A stretch of 64,000 bases of DNA from Clostridiales bacterium Firm_07 (lineage in GTDB: Bacteria; Bacillota; Clostridia; Oscillospirales; CAG-272), in assembly GCA_001604005.1 (NCBI GenBank), contig LVAM01000010.1:273079-337078 (forward strand), in the 5' to 3' direction. Positions 62,685 through 64,000 of this stretch are shown in pieces. A program made the translations under genes and the position numbers. The notes under the pieces are model-generated. The model did not search any database, was not told the origin of the DNA, and saw nothing but the letters and a program-made list of their open reading frames with translations. Each line of letters starts with the position of its first letter. Position 1 is the first letter of the stretch.

Positions 62685-63569
62685 TTATTTGATCGAAAGT
62701 AATTGTCTGCCGAGATCGACGGTGTAGCGCAGCCACGTGGGACGCAGTTCGTCGGGAATCCCCAAAACGCACGCCTCATAGGCAAAATCGTTTTCGTATC
62801 CGATCTCTTTGAGCGCGCGCACCACGTCTGCCCAATTCACGTCGCCGAAATAGGGGAAAAGGTGCTCGTCCGCGCCTTTGAGAGCGTGGTTGTCGTTGAT
62901 GTGCGTGCAATAGAGGTGTTTCTTGCCGATGGCGCGCACGGCGGCGGCGGGATTGATGCCGCTGATGTTGGCGTGCCCGGTATCCAGGCAAATGCCCACC
63001 GCGGGATCGTTGATGGTCTCCACCAAGTCGATCAGTTCATAAATGTCGCCGCCGCAATATCTGCGGTGTTTGCGACCGAAATCCACCATATTTTCCACGG
63101 CAAGGCAGATACCCGCCTTCTTTGCCGCCTCGATGTAAGGCGCGAGATACGCGATGCAGGCGTCGCGGTTCTCTTTCTCCGAATACAGCGGCAGCCGCGA
63201 GAGGTTGTAAGGGTGCATCACCATATATTTCGCACCGAGCCGACGCGCCGCCTCGATACAGCGGAAGAGCATCTCGAAATGCTCCTCGCGGCGAGGATAG
63301 GAAAGATCGTCCCATTGCGTGCCCGCCAGCACGTCTCCGTGCGTTTGATGGACGGGAAGCCCCGCCTCCTCGGCGGCGGCGCAAAGCTCATCCACGCCCT
63401 TTTCCCAATCGTCCCGCAAAAGATAGCGTTTGTCGGAGCAATATTGCCACAAGCCGACGTCCAGCGCGTCAAAACCCGCGTCTCTCATTTCGGTAAAACT
63501 TTCTCTTGCGGTCATAAAAGAACCGTCGGAACGAATATAAGCGATACCGTGTGAAGCGGAAAGATACAT
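62685..63569 (-). CDS. Sugar phosphate isomerase/epimerase (xylose isomerase-like TIM barrel)
   Basis: AP-endonuclease-2/TIM-barrel-type motifs are present (MVMHPYN, LAVENM, CLDTGHANI, THINDN). The ATG at 63569 follows GAAGGGGG. Confidence 0.75.
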   Translation of the reverse strand: MYLSASHGIAYIRSDGSFMTARESFTEMRDAGFDALDVGLWQYCSDKRYLLRDDWEKGVDELCAAAEEAGLPVHQTHGDVLAGTQWDDLSYPRREEHFEMLFRCIEAARRLGAKYMVMHPYNLSRLPLYSEKENRDACIAYLAPYIEAAKKAGICLAVENMVDFGRKHRRYCGGDIYELIDLVETINDPAVGICLDTGHANISGINPAAAVRAIGKKHLYCTHINDNHALKGADEHLFPYFGDVNWADVVRALKEIGYENDFAYEACVLGIPDELRPTWLRYTVDLGRQLLSIK

Positions 63570-63616
63570 AAAAACCCCCTTCTTTGCCTTTCGGCAAGAT
63601 GTATTCATACATAATC

Positions 63617-63645
63617 AGTATACCATTTTTTTCTATGGATTGCAA
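63617..63645 (-). promoter_or_regulatory. Sigma-A-type promoter of the isomerase-tyrS-aminotransferase-trpS operon
   Basis: On the minus strand: TTGCAA-17 nt-TGgTATACT. Confidence 0.6.
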
Positions 63646-63690
63646 GCGTTTTCCGGAAAAATCAACCGCTCCGAAATCTTTTCCGTTCTC

Positions 63691-63719
63691 TTGACTTTTG
63701 TCCGTAAATGGGTTACAAT
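63691..63719 (+). promoter_or_regulatory. Sigma-A-type promoter of the DUF1292 gene
   Basis: TTGACT-17 nt-TACAAT. Confidence 0.6.
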
Positions 63720-63743
63720 ATTCTTGTAAGTGAGGTGACGTAT

Positions 63744-64000
63744 ATGGATAATCAGGAAAACGAAGTTGAGATCTACACTCTCCAAGACGAAGAGGGCACG
63801 GAACACGAGTTTGAGTTGATCGGCACTTGCGAAAAAAACGGCGTTCGCTATTACGCTCTGATCCCCGCCGAGGAGAACGACAAAGACGATGAGTTCTGCG
63901 AATATGTGATCCTCAAAGGCGTTCCGGAAGACGACGGGAGCGAAAGCCTCGTTTCGATCGACGACGACGATGAATTTGACGACGTCGCCGACTATTTCGA
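63744..64000 (+). CDS. DUF1292-like small acidic protein (3' end outside window)
   Basis: It is not in the ORF track because no stop lies in the window. The ATG at 63744 follows GAGGTGA. The translation is MDNQENEVEIYTLQDEEGTEHEFELIGTCEKNGVRYYALIPAEEND..., a typical DUF1292 pattern from memory. Confidence 0.75.
   Translation, partial: MDNQENEVEIYTLQDEEGTEHEFELIGTCEKNGVRYYALIPAEENDKDDEFCEYVILKGVPEDDGSESLVSIDDDDEFDDVADYF

Noticed and set aside
1-64000. A search for CRISPR arrays, transposases, integrases, toxin-antitoxin pairs, restriction-modification or other defence genes, and rRNA.
   Set aside because: I saw no regularly spaced direct repeats, no recombinase or nuclease hallmark motifs and no rRNA-like sequence. 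The only repeats found are the tRNA-Ala 3' duplication, the STAS duplication, the PHP paralog pair and the intragenic lipoprotein repeats.

Overview
This is a GC-rich chromosomal segment from an endospore-forming Firmicute that looks Clostridia-like. The evidence is a spoIIIAA-AG operon, spoVG, an ylmE/sepF/ylmG/ylmH division cluster, and T-box, L-box and TPP leaders. The window is almost fully coding, with about 60 protein genes. Most are housekeeping: mfd, murC, hslO, an IMPDH-like gene, glpK, ileS, lspA, rluD, miaA, queA, dapAB, pgsA, rimO, trpS and tyrS. There are four tRNAs: a Gly-GCC/Phe-GAA/Asp-GTC cluster and a single Ala-GGC. Many transcription units can be delimited by eye, because near-consensus TTGACA-17-(TGn)TATAAT promoters and GC-hairpin/U-tract terminators are frequent.

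The least ordinary content is:
1. A six-gene operon (32.6-39.6 kb). It joins a GAF-fused ABC ATPase and a double-FtsX permease to two STAS paralogs, a 202-aa unknown protein that may be a degenerate GHKL protein, and a membrane PP2C phosphatase. It has no recognisable kinase or sigma factor.
2. A tandem pair of about 746-aa cytoplasmic proteins combining a beta-helix-like region with a PHP/CehA-like domain (23.0-27.6 kb).
3. A pduL / NifU-like / GGGtGRT operon.
4. A 69-nt duplication of the tRNA-Ala 3' end plus its terminator.
5. A small AT-rich islet carrying a SHOCT membrane protein gene.

I saw no CRISPR array, transposase, integrase or recognisable defence gene. All functional calls come from motif recognition by eye, and no database search or computation was possible. 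Many ORF-track starts are upstream non-ATG codons, so I reset starts wherever an ATG with a Shine-Dalgarno sequence was evident.
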